A DNA stretch of 31,620 nt from Tubiluchus corallicola. Its lineage: Eukaryota; Animalia; Priapulida. The DNA lies in the NCBI GenBank assembly GCA_030141605.1, contig JAQGDQ010002446.1:1-31620 (forward strand). The letters are read 5' to 3'. Positions 10,257 to 19,435 of this stretch are shown here, piece by piece (position 1 is the first letter of the stretch; the number at the start of each line of letters is the position of its first letter). The notes under the pieces are model-generated. The model saw only the letters and a list, made by a program, of their open reading frames with translations. It was not told where the DNA came from and ran no database searches. The translations under genes were made by a program, and so were the position numbers.

Positions 10257-11132
10257 ATGAAGGGAGGTTTTTTTTCCATAATTGCTTTACTATTACCAGC
10301 TAATATTGTTTTTTCGCAAGAAATAGATAGTATTTCTTCTAATACAGATGATAAGGAAGTATGGTTTGTGGATAAGATTGAGTCTATTAGAAAAAAACCT
10401 ACAGGGAAAGATTTAAGAACGCTCACCATAGAGCCTAAGAATATGATTACCTTCAACCTACAAGTACCTTCTAATATATCAGTAGGATTTGAGAAACGCT
10501 TTATAAGATTTTTGTCTGTTCATTCCAATTTAGGATTTACTGGTTTGGGATACAAATCATTAGCTCTTGGTATGTCGTTAGACGATAGTCCAGAACTAAA
10601 TTTTACTCAAGATAATGGTAGAACAGGTAGTTTTTGGGAGATAGGTACGGGCTTACATTATAAAAGGTTTTACGGGGGTATTAGTTTTCAGAAAATTAAT
10701 ATGACAGTACGCTCTACGGTAGATAATTTTTTAACTACCTACGTTGATGACCAAGAGTTAATAGACGAAAAAAAGGATGAGTTTAGATTGCTCCAATCTA
10801 CTGGAGATGTAGAAGTAACATACGACGATTACGTAAAAAATTCGCAAGAAGAGTATATCTATAAACCTAATTATATTGGTTTTTATATTGGACGAAATTT
10901 TTCTGTTTTTAAACCTCAATATGGTGTTAATGTAGAACTTGGTTATAGCCAAGTTGTCAGGACTAAGGTAGTGAGGTTAGACAACCAATTTGCTCCCACA
11001 TTGGAGGATGCTTTTATGCAAGGAGAATTAGAAAATAGAGTTATTTCAAGTATAAATAATACATTGGAAGGCGCCCATTATTTCTCTGTCAAAATAAGTT
11101 TTGCTATTAAATGGGGAGTATTTAATAAGTAG
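10257..11132 (+). CDS. Hypothetical exported protein, possibly an outer-membrane beta-barrel
   Basis: ORF track starts at TTG 10236; ATG 10257 fits the signal peptide (VFS|Q) and the promoter better; several amphipathic strands, ending FSVKISFAIKW. Confidence 0.65.
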   Translation: MKGGFFSIIALLLPANIVFSQEIDSISSNTDDKEVWFVDKIESIRKKPTGKDLRTLTIEPKNMITFNLQVPSNISVGFEKRFIRFLSVHSNLGFTGLGYKSLALGMSLDDSPELNFTQDNGRTGSFWEIGTGLHYKRFYGGISFQKINMTVRSTVDNFLTTYVDDQELIDEKKDEFRLLQSTGDVEVTYDDYVKNSQEEYIYKPNYIGFYIGRNFSVFKPQYGVNVELGYSQVVRTKVVRLDNQFAPTLEDAFMQGELENRVISSINNTLEGAHYFSVKISFAIKWGVFNK

Positions 11133-11355
11133 CAATATATATATAAACAAACAATCCTAGCATTTTTAGTATACTGGGGTTTAAGGTAGTATTATTAGTT
11201 TCACACTTTAAATCAACAGTAATTTTTGTTTTGTCAAAACTTTTCCAAGCACCAGTTGGTGCATCTGTGAAAAATGCAAACCTATTAATAATGCTTTTTT
11301 TCACAACTTATCTTTTTTATTTTAGTTTTTTTGTTCCCTTTGCGAGAGAAAATAA

Positions 11356-11802
11356 TTACAAAACAATTATCTTTTTTTGAAAAGCTTCTGATAGGGATAT
11401 GATAGTTTCGGTACGTTCTATTCCCTTAACGTTTTGTATTTGGGTTAAGATATTTCGCAGGCTGCTATTGTCTTTACATTGTACTTTTAAGAATAGGGAA
11501 TATTGCCCAGTAGTGAAGAAGCATTGCACAATTTCCTCTATTGTTTTCAACTCATCCACTACCTTTTCATATAATTTTCCCTTTTCTAAAAACACTCCTA
11601 TAAAAGCAGTGGTAGTGATACCAAGAGCTAATGGATTGAGATTGATAGTAGATCCCGTAATAACACCTTTTTTTTCAAGTTTGGCAATTCTCTGATGCAC
11701 TGCTGATACTGATATGTTGCATTGTTGAGAGATTTTGTTGTAAGGCATCTTAGCATTGGTGACGAGTAATTGTAATATTTTCTTGTCTGTATTGTCTAAC
11801 AT
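11356..11802 (-). CDS. asnC: Lrp/AsnC family transcriptional regulator
   Basis: LDNTDKKILQLL..SVSAVHQRIAKL helix-turn-helix; C-terminal TTGQYSLFLKV..GIERTETIISL; divergent from asnB. Confidence 0.93.
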   Translation of the reverse strand: MLDNTDKKILQLLVTNAKMPYNKISQQCNISVSAVHQRIAKLEKKGVITGSTINLNPLALGITTTAFIGVFLEKGKLYEKVVDELKTIEEIVQCFFTTGQYSLFLKVQCKDNSSLRNILTQIQNVKGIERTETIISLSEAFQKKIIVL

Positions 11803-11918
11803 AAGTATAAAATTATAGATAATTATTCCTTTTGCAGCCCAACTTAGGTATTAAAACTACAAATCAACCAGATTGAAAATCGTATTGCAAAAAACGAATA
11901 AAAATAAAAAATATTTCG

Positions 11919-11926
11919 TATATTTG
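11919..11926 (+). promoter_or_regulatory. -7 element (TATATTTG) of asnB
   Basis: TAnnTTTG, about 47 bp upstream of the ATG at 11973. Confidence 0.55.
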
Positions 11927-11972
11927 CAAAATAAATAGAAATTTTTCAACAAATAAAGCATTTTATAATATT

Positions 11973-13556
11973 ATGTGTTCAGTATTTACCCATATAGGTA
12001 ATAGTTTTAAGTTTGACGAGTTACAGCCCTATTTTGATAGAATACAACTACGAGGTCCTGACGATACGGAGGTGGAAAAGGTGAAAGAAGGACTTACATT
12101 TGGCTTTCATAGGTTGGCCATCAATGGCTTGGATGATATAAGCAATCAACCAATTAAGCTGGATAACTTGTGGCTTACCTGCAATGGTGAGATATACAAC
12201 TACAAAGAACAAGTGAAGGAAAACAACTTTGACTATCAAACACATAGCGATTGCGAGGTAATACTACACTTATACAAAAAATACGGAATTGAGAAAACCT
12301 TAGATAAGCTAGACGGGGAGTTTGCTTTTATTCTGTATGATGGTGATAAAGATAAAATATTTGCTGCACGCGACCATCTTGGAGTACGTCCGTTGTATTA
12401 CGGAAAGTGTAAAAACAAAGATGATTTTTTCTTTGCAAGCGAAGCCAAATCTTTAGTATTCTGCGATTATATATCACAGTTCCCAACAGGCAATTGGTGG
12501 TCTGACGATAAACGAGACACGTTTAACCGCTACTTTCATTTTGAATTTGAATACAATAATGATACAGAAGAAAAAATATGTGCTAACATTAGAAATATAT
12601 TAACAGATGCGGTAAAGAAACGCTTAATGTCAGACAGAGAAGTAGGCTGTTTATTGAGTGGTGGTTTAGATTCTAGTTTGATTTGTGCTATTACTGCCAA
12701 GTTATTTGATAATCCGCACAACTTGAAAACCTTTGCCATAGGTTTGGAAGGGTCACCTGATATAGAAAAAGCACAACAAGTGGCAGATCATATTGGGTCG
12801 CATCACCATAGTGTGGTATTTACTGAGAAACAATTTTTAGATGCTATAGAAAAGGTGATATACACATTAGGGTCTTTTGATGTTACTACTGTACGTGCAT
12901 CTGTAGGACATTATCTTATATCTCACTGGGTAAGGGAAAACTCCGAAGTGAAAGTGCTACTTTCTGGTGAAACGTCTGACGAATATGGCAGTTACTTATA
13001 TTTTCATAATGCACCAAGTGAAGAGGCTTTTCAAAAGGAGGCCACTCGCTTGTTGATGGATATTCATTACTTCGATATGAAAAGAGGTGATAGGTGTATA
13101 TCATCAGCTGGATTAGAATCAAGAGTGCCATTTAGCGACAAACATTACTTACGGTATTATATGAGTATTCCACCGAAGTATAGAATGTTTGACGAAACAC
13201 GAATGGAAAAATATCTACTACGCAAAGCCTTTGACGATGGGAAACTACTACCTGATGATGTGTTATGGAGACGTAAAAATGGTTTTTCAGATTCTGTAAG
13301 TCATAAAGGTCGTTCTTGGTCAGTGATTATACAGGAATATATAGATACGCTGATAACAGACGAAGAATTTGCAAAAAATAAAGGGAAATACACTCATTGT
13401 CCTCCTTTGATTAAGGAAGGCTATTATTACAGAAAGACATTTGAAAAGTATTATGGGAAACATAGCAATCTTACTCCTTACCAGTGGTTGCCCAAGTGGA
13501 GTGGCAATGTGCAAGACCCATCAGCGAGAGTACTGAATATCTATAAGGGGGATTAA
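11973..13556 (+). CDS. asnB: Asparagine synthetase B (glutamine-hydrolysing)
   Basis: N-terminal Cys2 nucleophile, RGPD, FHRLAI, NGEIYN, DHLGVRPLY, LSGGLDSS, EKYLLRKAF, DPSAR. Confidence 0.96.
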   Translation: MCSVFTHIGNSFKFDELQPYFDRIQLRGPDDTEVEKVKEGLTFGFHRLAINGLDDISNQPIKLDNLWLTCNGEIYNYKEQVKENNFDYQTHSDCEVILHLYKKYGIEKTLDKLDGEFAFILYDGDKDKIFAARDHLGVRPLYYGKCKNKDDFFFASEAKSLVFCDYISQFPTGNWWSDDKRDTFNRYFHFEFEYNNDTEEKICANIRNILTDAVKKRLMSDREVGCLLSGGLDSSLICAITAKLFDNPHNLKTFAIGLEGSPDIEKAQQVADHIGSHHHSVVFTEKQFLDAIEKVIYTLGSFDVTTVRASVGHYLISHWVRENSEVKVLLSGETSDEYGSYLYFHNAPSEEAFQKEATRLLMDIHYFDMKRGDRCISSAGLESRVPFSDKHYLRYYMSIPPKYRMFDETRMEKYLLRKAFDDGKLLPDDVLWRRKNGFSDSVSHKGRSWSVIIQEYIDTLITDEEFAKNKGKYTHCPPLIKEGYYYRKTFEKYYGKHSNLTPYQWLPKWSGNVQDPSARVLNIYKGD

Positions 13557-13623
13557 ATAGATAAACAATCAAATAAATTATAATTTTCAAAAATTTTATA
13601 GATTGCTATAATCAAATGCAGTA

Positions 13624-15072
13624 CTAATATTCATAGTCATTCCCATCCCTGCTAAGTTGACAGCTTTTATCCCAGTCTTCAAGCAATTTTATCATCCTGT
13701 GGTATTCTTGCGGGTATTCATTGGCTACGTTTGTTGTTTCTTGTGGATCTTTCAGAAGGTCGTAAAGTTCATATTCTTCAGAGTCATTATGCTTGAGCAA
13801 TTTAAATCTTTCTTCCACCCAAGCTATTTCATCTATATTTTTATATAGCCTTCTCCAACCAAATTGCATTGGTTTTTCTCTTTTTATCACCTCTCTCTTT
13901 ATTATTGGCATTATGCTTATTCCATCTATGGGACGTTTTTCTATTTCTTTAACTGTAATATTGAGTAAGTCCAAAATAGTTGGCAAATAATCTGCTGTAC
14001 CTGTCATTGTACTGATATTCTGTCCTGTTTTTATATGGCTAGGAAATTCGACAATGGCTGGAACTCTCAAACCTCCTTCAAATATTGTATGCTTATGTCC
14101 TCTATATTTTCCTGCTGATGCTATTCCTTTTTTTGTTAAACCTCCTGCTGGTCCATTATCACTACAAAAAAAGATTATCGTATTTTTTTCTATATTTAGT
14201 CTTCGTAGTTCTTCTCTTAACCTTCCTATTTGTTCATCCATTGCTGTGATACAACCGTAATAGTGTTGTTTTAGTTCTCCATACTGTTTATACATTGTTT
14301 TATATTTGGGTCCTGCCACAACTGGCTCGTGTGGTGTATGAAACCAAATACAGGTGAAAAATGGTTTCCTATCTTGCACTGCTTTTTCTATGAATGGTAT
14401 AGCTCTGTCCATTATTATTCTACTATCATCACCGCTTAGATTATCCGCAACTACTTTTCCGTTATGCACATATACAGAACCTTGCCAAGGTTGTCCTTCT
14501 GTACTTCCCCATCGATTCCACCCTTTTGGAGTTATTGTCGGATTCCAAGTAGGCACAGCACTTTTAGTGCAAAATGCTTCATCAAAGCCGTGGTGCCAAG
14601 GTGGCGAATAGTAGCCTCTATTACTAACCTCCTCTTCTGGTCTAACCCAACCAAGGTGCCATTTGCCAAAAAATCCCGTTGTATAGCCATATTTCTTTAA
14701 TATTTCAGGAATAGTTATCTCTCCTATTCTCATAGCATTAGTATGTGCTGCAAGAACTCCAAATCTGAATGGATGCCTCCCCGTTAAACAGCTTCCTCTG
14801 GTAGGTGAACATAATGGAGATGCTGCATAAAAACGATCGAATATAATACCGTTTTCTCCCATTTTATCTAACTCTGGTGTCTTTATTTCTTTGTTGCCAT
14901 TGAAAGCTACATCTCCATAGCCGAGGTCATCTGCCATAATAAGTATTACATTGTATTTGTTTATATCTTCATTATTGGGCAGCTCTTGTGCTTTAATTGT
15001 ATTACTTAGAAAGATAATATGTAAGAATGCTATTCTTACTATAATATTATTAATTAATGATTTTGTTTTCAT
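13624..15072 (-). CDS. Formylglycine-dependent sulfatase (S1), Cys-type; subfamily not assigned
   Basis: MADDLGYGD, CSPTRGSCLTGR, GKWHLG, FHTPH, SDNG, EGGLRVP, LYDLLKDPQE. Confidence 0.93.
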   Translation of the reverse strand: MKTKSLINNIIVRIAFLHIIFLSNTIKAQELPNNEDINKYNVILIMADDLGYGDVAFNGNKEIKTPELDKMGENGIIFDRFYAASPLCSPTRGSCLTGRHPFRFGVLAAHTNAMRIGEITIPEILKKYGYTTGFFGKWHLGWVRPEEEVSNRGYYSPPWHHGFDEAFCTKSAVPTWNPTITPKGWNRWGSTEGQPWQGSVYVHNGKVVADNLSGDDSRIIMDRAIPFIEKAVQDRKPFFTCIWFHTPHEPVVAGPKYKTMYKQYGELKQHYYGCITAMDEQIGRLREELRRLNIEKNTIIFFCSDNGPAGGLTKKGIASAGKYRGHKHTIFEGGLRVPAIVEFPSHIKTGQNISTMTGTADYLPTILDLLNITVKEIEKRPIDGISIMPIIKREVIKREKPMQFGWRRLYKNIDEIAWVEERFKLLKHNDSEEYELYDLLKDPQETTNVANEYPQEYHRMIKLLEDWDKSCQLSRDGNDYEY

Positions 15073-15128
15073 ACTTCATTATTAAATTTATATTGACAGT
15101 TATAAGTTTACTTTTTCATTCTAAACTT

Positions 15129-18100
15129 TCATAGTTTATGGGCGTTTTCCCTATTAATATATTCCTTGGGCGTCATATTAAAATGTTTTTTAAATACAGT
15201 AGTAAAATAGGAAGGAGATGAAAAACCTACAAGGAAACCTATTTCTGATATAGAAAGTCTTCCTTCCCTCAATAATTGACAGGCTTTACTAAAACGTATC
15301 TTGTTGATAAAACTGGTAGCAGGCTCGCCTGTGATAGCCTTCATTTTGATATGCAAGCTAGACCTGCTTACAAACATTTCTCGACTAAACATTTCTGCTG
15401 AAAAATTAACATTGGTTAGGTTGTTCTCTACTACTTTTACTGCTTTTCTCAAAAAGTCTTCATCTCTTCCATTAAGAGCAATTTTTTCGGGTACTATGTC
15501 TGTACTTTTTCTATATATTTCTTTTAAGCGTTTTCGCTCTCGGATAATATTTTTCACCTTGGCCTCTAACAGTTCTACACTAAACGGTTTAGCGATATAA
15601 TCATCTGCTCCTATTTCTATTCCCCTTATTTGGTCTTCAAGATTAGCTTTTACGGTAAGTAATATAATGGGTATATGGCTTGTTTTGATATTAGTTTTTA
15701 GTATCCTACACATTTTTACTCCATCCATTTTGGGCATCATTACATCTGAAATAATAATATCTGGTTCTTGTTTTGATATTTTCTCCAATGCTTCTACTCC
15801 ATTTCTAGCAATAAGAATATTGTAACTTTGAGAAAATACCTCCTGTAAAAAAAATAATGTATCTGTATTGTCCTCTACTATCAACAAAGTATCCCATTTT
15901 TCGTTCCTTTTACTATCTTCGACAACAGGGAATTTTTCTTTGTTGTTTTCAGTGCTGGAAAATAGGTACGGGTCTTCGTCTAACTTTTCCTTTATTTTAA
16001 TTATATCTCCAGAAGTAATTTCTTGTTTTTTATAAACAACATCACCCAATGGTAACTTCACAGTAAAAGTAGTCCCCTTTCCATATTCACTCTCTACTCG
16101 TACCTCTCCATAATGCCTATCTACAAGCCTTTTCACCAAAGCCAGTCCGATGCCTGTGCTAGGGTTTTCCATATTTTTATTAGACTGATAATAGCGGTCA
16201 AAAATCTTATCTATATTCTTCTTCTCTATTCCCTCTCCATTGTCTTTTACCTCTATCACAAGCCACATTTCATTAGTAAAAACATTCACTATTATTTCAC
16301 CTGCTTTTGCAGTATGTTTAAAAGCATTAGAAATAAGGTTGTACATTATTTTCTCCACATAGTTTTTGTCAAAATAAATCAACTTCTCTGCAGAAATAGT
16401 GTTGAAATGAAAAGTAATACCCTTTTGCTTTGCTAAATTAGAAAAAGAATTATGCACCTGATATAAAAAAGGTATAATGTTCTCTTTCTTCACACTTAAT
16501 TTCATTACTCCAAACTCTGCCTTTCTAAACTCTAGTAATTGAAGTATTAACTTTGACAATCGCAAAGCATTTTTATGCACCAACTGTAACTGATTTTTGC
16601 CTTTTTCGTCTATAGTTTTATCACCCAACAGCTTTTTTATTGGGGAAATAATCAAAGTAAGAGGTGTGCAAAATTCGTGAGACACATTAGTAAAAAACCG
16701 TAATTTCATTTGGTTAAGATAGTTGTCCTTTTGCTTCTCTATACGTTCTATATTAAGTTGATGAGATACTTTCTGCCGTGCTGTAACTAGTCTATGAGCC
16801 GCAAATAAAAGTGTAGATATAATAAGAATATAGACAGCAATAGCCCACACAGATAACCACCAAGGATACATCACCTCAATTTTGAGCATAGTAACTACAT
16901 CGCTCCAAATCATATCATTGTTAGCACTTATCATTTTTAATACGTAACTACCCGATTTTAAGTTTGAGAATGACAACTCCTTAGCAAAACTCCCCATTAC
17001 CCATTTATCATCTTGGCTGCCTTCCAGCTGATACTTAAAAACACCTCGTTGCAATGATAAATAATTAAAATCTACTATCTGCAGGCTAAAACTATTTTGG
17101 TTGTGCTTTAATGTTATCTTGTTTGTCTCGTCAATTGGGGAATTCAAAATACTCGTTTTATTCATAGGTAAAACTTTTTTCCCTCCTACTCTCAACTCTA
17201 CAACTTTAGCAGGAAATTTATATTTATTTTCCCGTATTTGAGAAGGATAAAAAACATTCAACCCATTAATGCCTCCAAATATAAACTGTCCCTTGCTTGT
17301 CTTACAAAAAGAGGCAGGCGAGAACTGGTTGCTTTGCAGTCCATCAGAATAGAGGTAATTTTTAAATTCACCTGTTTCTCTATTAAAAGAACTTATTCCC
17401 TTGTTAGTGCTTAACCAAAGTTTTTTGTCCTCATCTTCCAAAATACCATAAATATGCTCATTAGGAAGCCCATCCTTTATATGAAAAGACTTAAAACTAC
17501 TCTTTTCTTCATCGAATAAATTTAATCCCCAATCTGTACCTATCCAAATATTACCATCCACATCCTCTGCGATACAAAGTATCTTACTACTACTTAAAGC
17601 CCCCTTCTCATTATGAGGAAAAACTTCAAAAATATTCTTGTCAGGGTAAAAAATATTCACCCCCTTAAAAGTGCCTATCCATATTCGCCCCTTAGAATCT
17701 TCAAACAAATATGAAATAACCTCTGATGTCAATTTATTGCCCAAAACATCCGTATGATAATGTTCAAACTCACCCCGTTCTGGAATAAATTTATCCAAAC
17801 CACTCCAAGTACCCACCCATATCTGCCCCTTACTATCCTTCAACAATCCATATACATAATTGTCTGCAATGCTATTTCCTTTTTCGTTAGAAGTGTATTT
17901 GATAAATTTCTCACGACCTTTGTCAAAGTAGATAAGCCCCCCTCCGTGAGTGCCAAAATATAAACCATTATATTCATCTACAATAATAGCCTTCACATTA
18001 TTTGGGTTACCCAATTGCGAAAATGACTGGCTAATAGGATAATATTCTATACTATTCGTTTTACTATTGTAATAATTTAAACCATTCTCATTAGTACCTA

Positions 18101-19211
18101 TCCAAAGATTGCTTTCTCTGTCTTCTGCAATAGCACTAATCACATCATCACTCAAAGAAAACTGTCCTCCGTTTTTGTTCAGTTTAAAGAACTTTTTCAA
18201 ACTAGGATGATAATAGTTTATACCCCCGTAAAAAGTGCCTACCCACATTGCTCCCTGTTTGTCTTGGTATATAGAACGAACAGAATTCTGACTGATAGAA
18301 TGCTGTTTGGTCAAGTCGCTGAAATAGTTAGTAAAAGTACCACTATTAGTATCGAGTATGCTCAACCCATAAAAAGTGCCAATCCATATTTTCCCCTCTA
18401 TATCTCTCCCTAAAGAACGAATAAAATTATTGCATAAACTATTTGGGTTTTTCTCATCTGCTAAATAATTGGTCAATTGAAGAGATGATAAATCATAACA
18501 AAATAGTCCGTCTCCCATAGTACCTATAAAAACAAACGAAGAATCTATTGCTAAAGCTCTTACTTCTTTACCCTTCAATGCTTCTAAATATGATGTAATT
18601 CCAAAATCTTGTTTGTTTATTTTATATAAACCTGATTCGGTGCCTACAAAAAAACTATCGCCTTTATCCTTAATACAATAGACTATCTTAAACCTATTAC
18701 CATCCCAATTATTAGGAGTTACAAACTTTTCCTCTTTTCTACTGAAAAACACAATACCCCTGCCATTGACCCCCATCATCAACAAATCCTTATCAAATTC
18801 TACTATAGAAAAAATTTCATAGCCAATTCCATCATATATATATTTGTAGTTCTTAAAACCATCTATCCTCTCATCATACTTACTTAACCCCCCATCACCA
18901 CCAATCCATAAATCTTTATTACTATCAACCAACAAGTGCCTAACACTATTAGTAGCAATACTATTTGGGTTATTCATATCCATCTGATAGGTGACAAATC
19001 TATAACCATCAAATTTATTTAATCCGTCTTGCGTACCAAACCACATAAAGCCTTTATTATCTTGAACTATACTATATACAGTACTTTGAGAGAGTCCTGC
19101 CTCCAAAGAATAATGCTGAAAATAAATCTCATCCTTACTATACTCAAATGCCAACAAACTGTAAAAGGTAAAAAACAAAAATAGGAATAGAAGGAATTGC
19201 TTTCTTTTCAT
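15129..19211 (-). CDS. Hybrid two-component system (beta-propeller sensor, Y_Y_Y, TM, HisKA, HATPase, REC, AraC)
   Basis: Repeated D..G.IWIGT..GL blades; SHEFCTPL; NLISNAFK; DNGEGI; GIGLAL; SDVMMPKMDG; GFSSPSYFTTVFKK. Confidence 0.96.
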   Translation of the reverse strand: MKRKQFLLFLFLFFTFYSLLAFEYSKDEIYFQHYSLEAGLSQSTVYSIVQDNKGFMWFGTQDGLNKFDGYRFVTYQMDMNNPNSIATNSVRHLLVDSNKDLWIGGDGGLSKYDERIDGFKNYKYIYDGIGYEIFSIVEFDKDLLMMGVNGRGIVFFSRKEEKFVTPNNWDGNRFKIVYCIKDKGDSFFVGTESGLYKINKQDFGITSYLEALKGKEVRALAIDSSFVFIGTMGDGLFCYDLSSLQLTNYLADEKNPNSLCNNFIRSLGRDIEGKIWIGTFYGLSILDTNSGTFTNYFSDLTKQHSISQNSVRSIYQDKQGAMWVGTFYGGINYYHPSLKKFFKLNKNGGQFSLSDDVISAIAEDRESNLWIGTNENGLNYYNSKTNSIEYYPISQSFSQLGNPNNVKAIIVDEYNGLYFGTHGGGLIYFDKGREKFIKYTSNEKGNSIADNYVYGLLKDSKGQIWVGTWSGLDKFIPERGEFEHYHTDVLGNKLTSEVISYLFEDSKGRIWIGTFKGVNIFYPDKNIFEVFPHNEKGALSSSKILCIAEDVDGNIWIGTDWGLNLFDEEKSSFKSFHIKDGLPNEHIYGILEDEDKKLWLSTNKGISSFNRETGEFKNYLYSDGLQSNQFSPASFCKTSKGQFIFGGINGLNVFYPSQIRENKYKFPAKVVELRVGGKKVLPMNKTSILNSPIDETNKITLKHNQNSFSLQIVDFNYLSLQRGVFKYQLEGSQDDKWVMGSFAKELSFSNLKSGSYVLKMISANNDMIWSDVVTMLKIEVMYPWWLSVWAIAVYILIISTLLFAAHRLVTARQKVSHQLNIERIEKQKDNYLNQMKLRFFTNVSHEFCTPLTLIISPIKKLLGDKTIDEKGKNQLQLVHKNALRLSKLILQLLEFRKAEFGVMKLSVKKENIIPFLYQVHNSFSNLAKQKGITFHFNTISAEKLIYFDKNYVEKIMYNLISNAFKHTAKAGEIIVNVFTNEMWLVIEVKDNGEGIEKKNIDKIFDRYYQSNKNMENPSTGIGLALVKRLVDRHYGEVRVESEYGKGTTFTVKLPLGDVVYKKQEITSGDIIKIKEKLDEDPYLFSSTENNKEKFPVVEDSKRNEKWDTLLIVEDNTDTLFFLQEVFSQSYNILIARNGVEALEKISKQEPDIIISDVMMPKMDGVKMCRILKTNIKTSHIPIILLTVKANLEDQIRGIEIGADDYIAKPFSVELLEAKVKNIIRERKRLKEIYRKSTDIVPEKIALNGRDEDFLRKAVKVVENNLTNVNFSAEMFSREMFVSRSSLHIKMKAITGEPATSFINKIRFSKACQLLREGRLSISEIGFLVGFSSPSYFTTVFKKHFNMTPKEYINRENAHKL

Positions 19212-19435
19212 AAATTAGAACTTATAGAAACATTTGGAACTAAATATGTAATAATGACGCTTAATGTTGGATTCATTTTTGTTGAAAAAAACACAAAATA
19301 AGGTAATATTAAACATAAATTAAAAAAAATAAGATAAAAGAAAAACTACAGTTTTAATTATTATACCGTATTTTGTAAAAGTATAACTAAAAAATTATAG
19401 TAATTCGTTCTACCCAATTTAACTTTATTTTAATT

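Noticed and set aside
11122-11304. 60-aa minus-strand ORF and several short palindromes between the orphan gene and asnC
   Set aside because: No recognisable motif and it overlaps the orphan stop; the hairpins may act in termination, but none is a clean terminator
13596-13611. TTATAG-attg-CTATAA hairpin between asnB and the sulfatase as a terminator
   Set aside because: The stem is short and AT-rich with no U-tract
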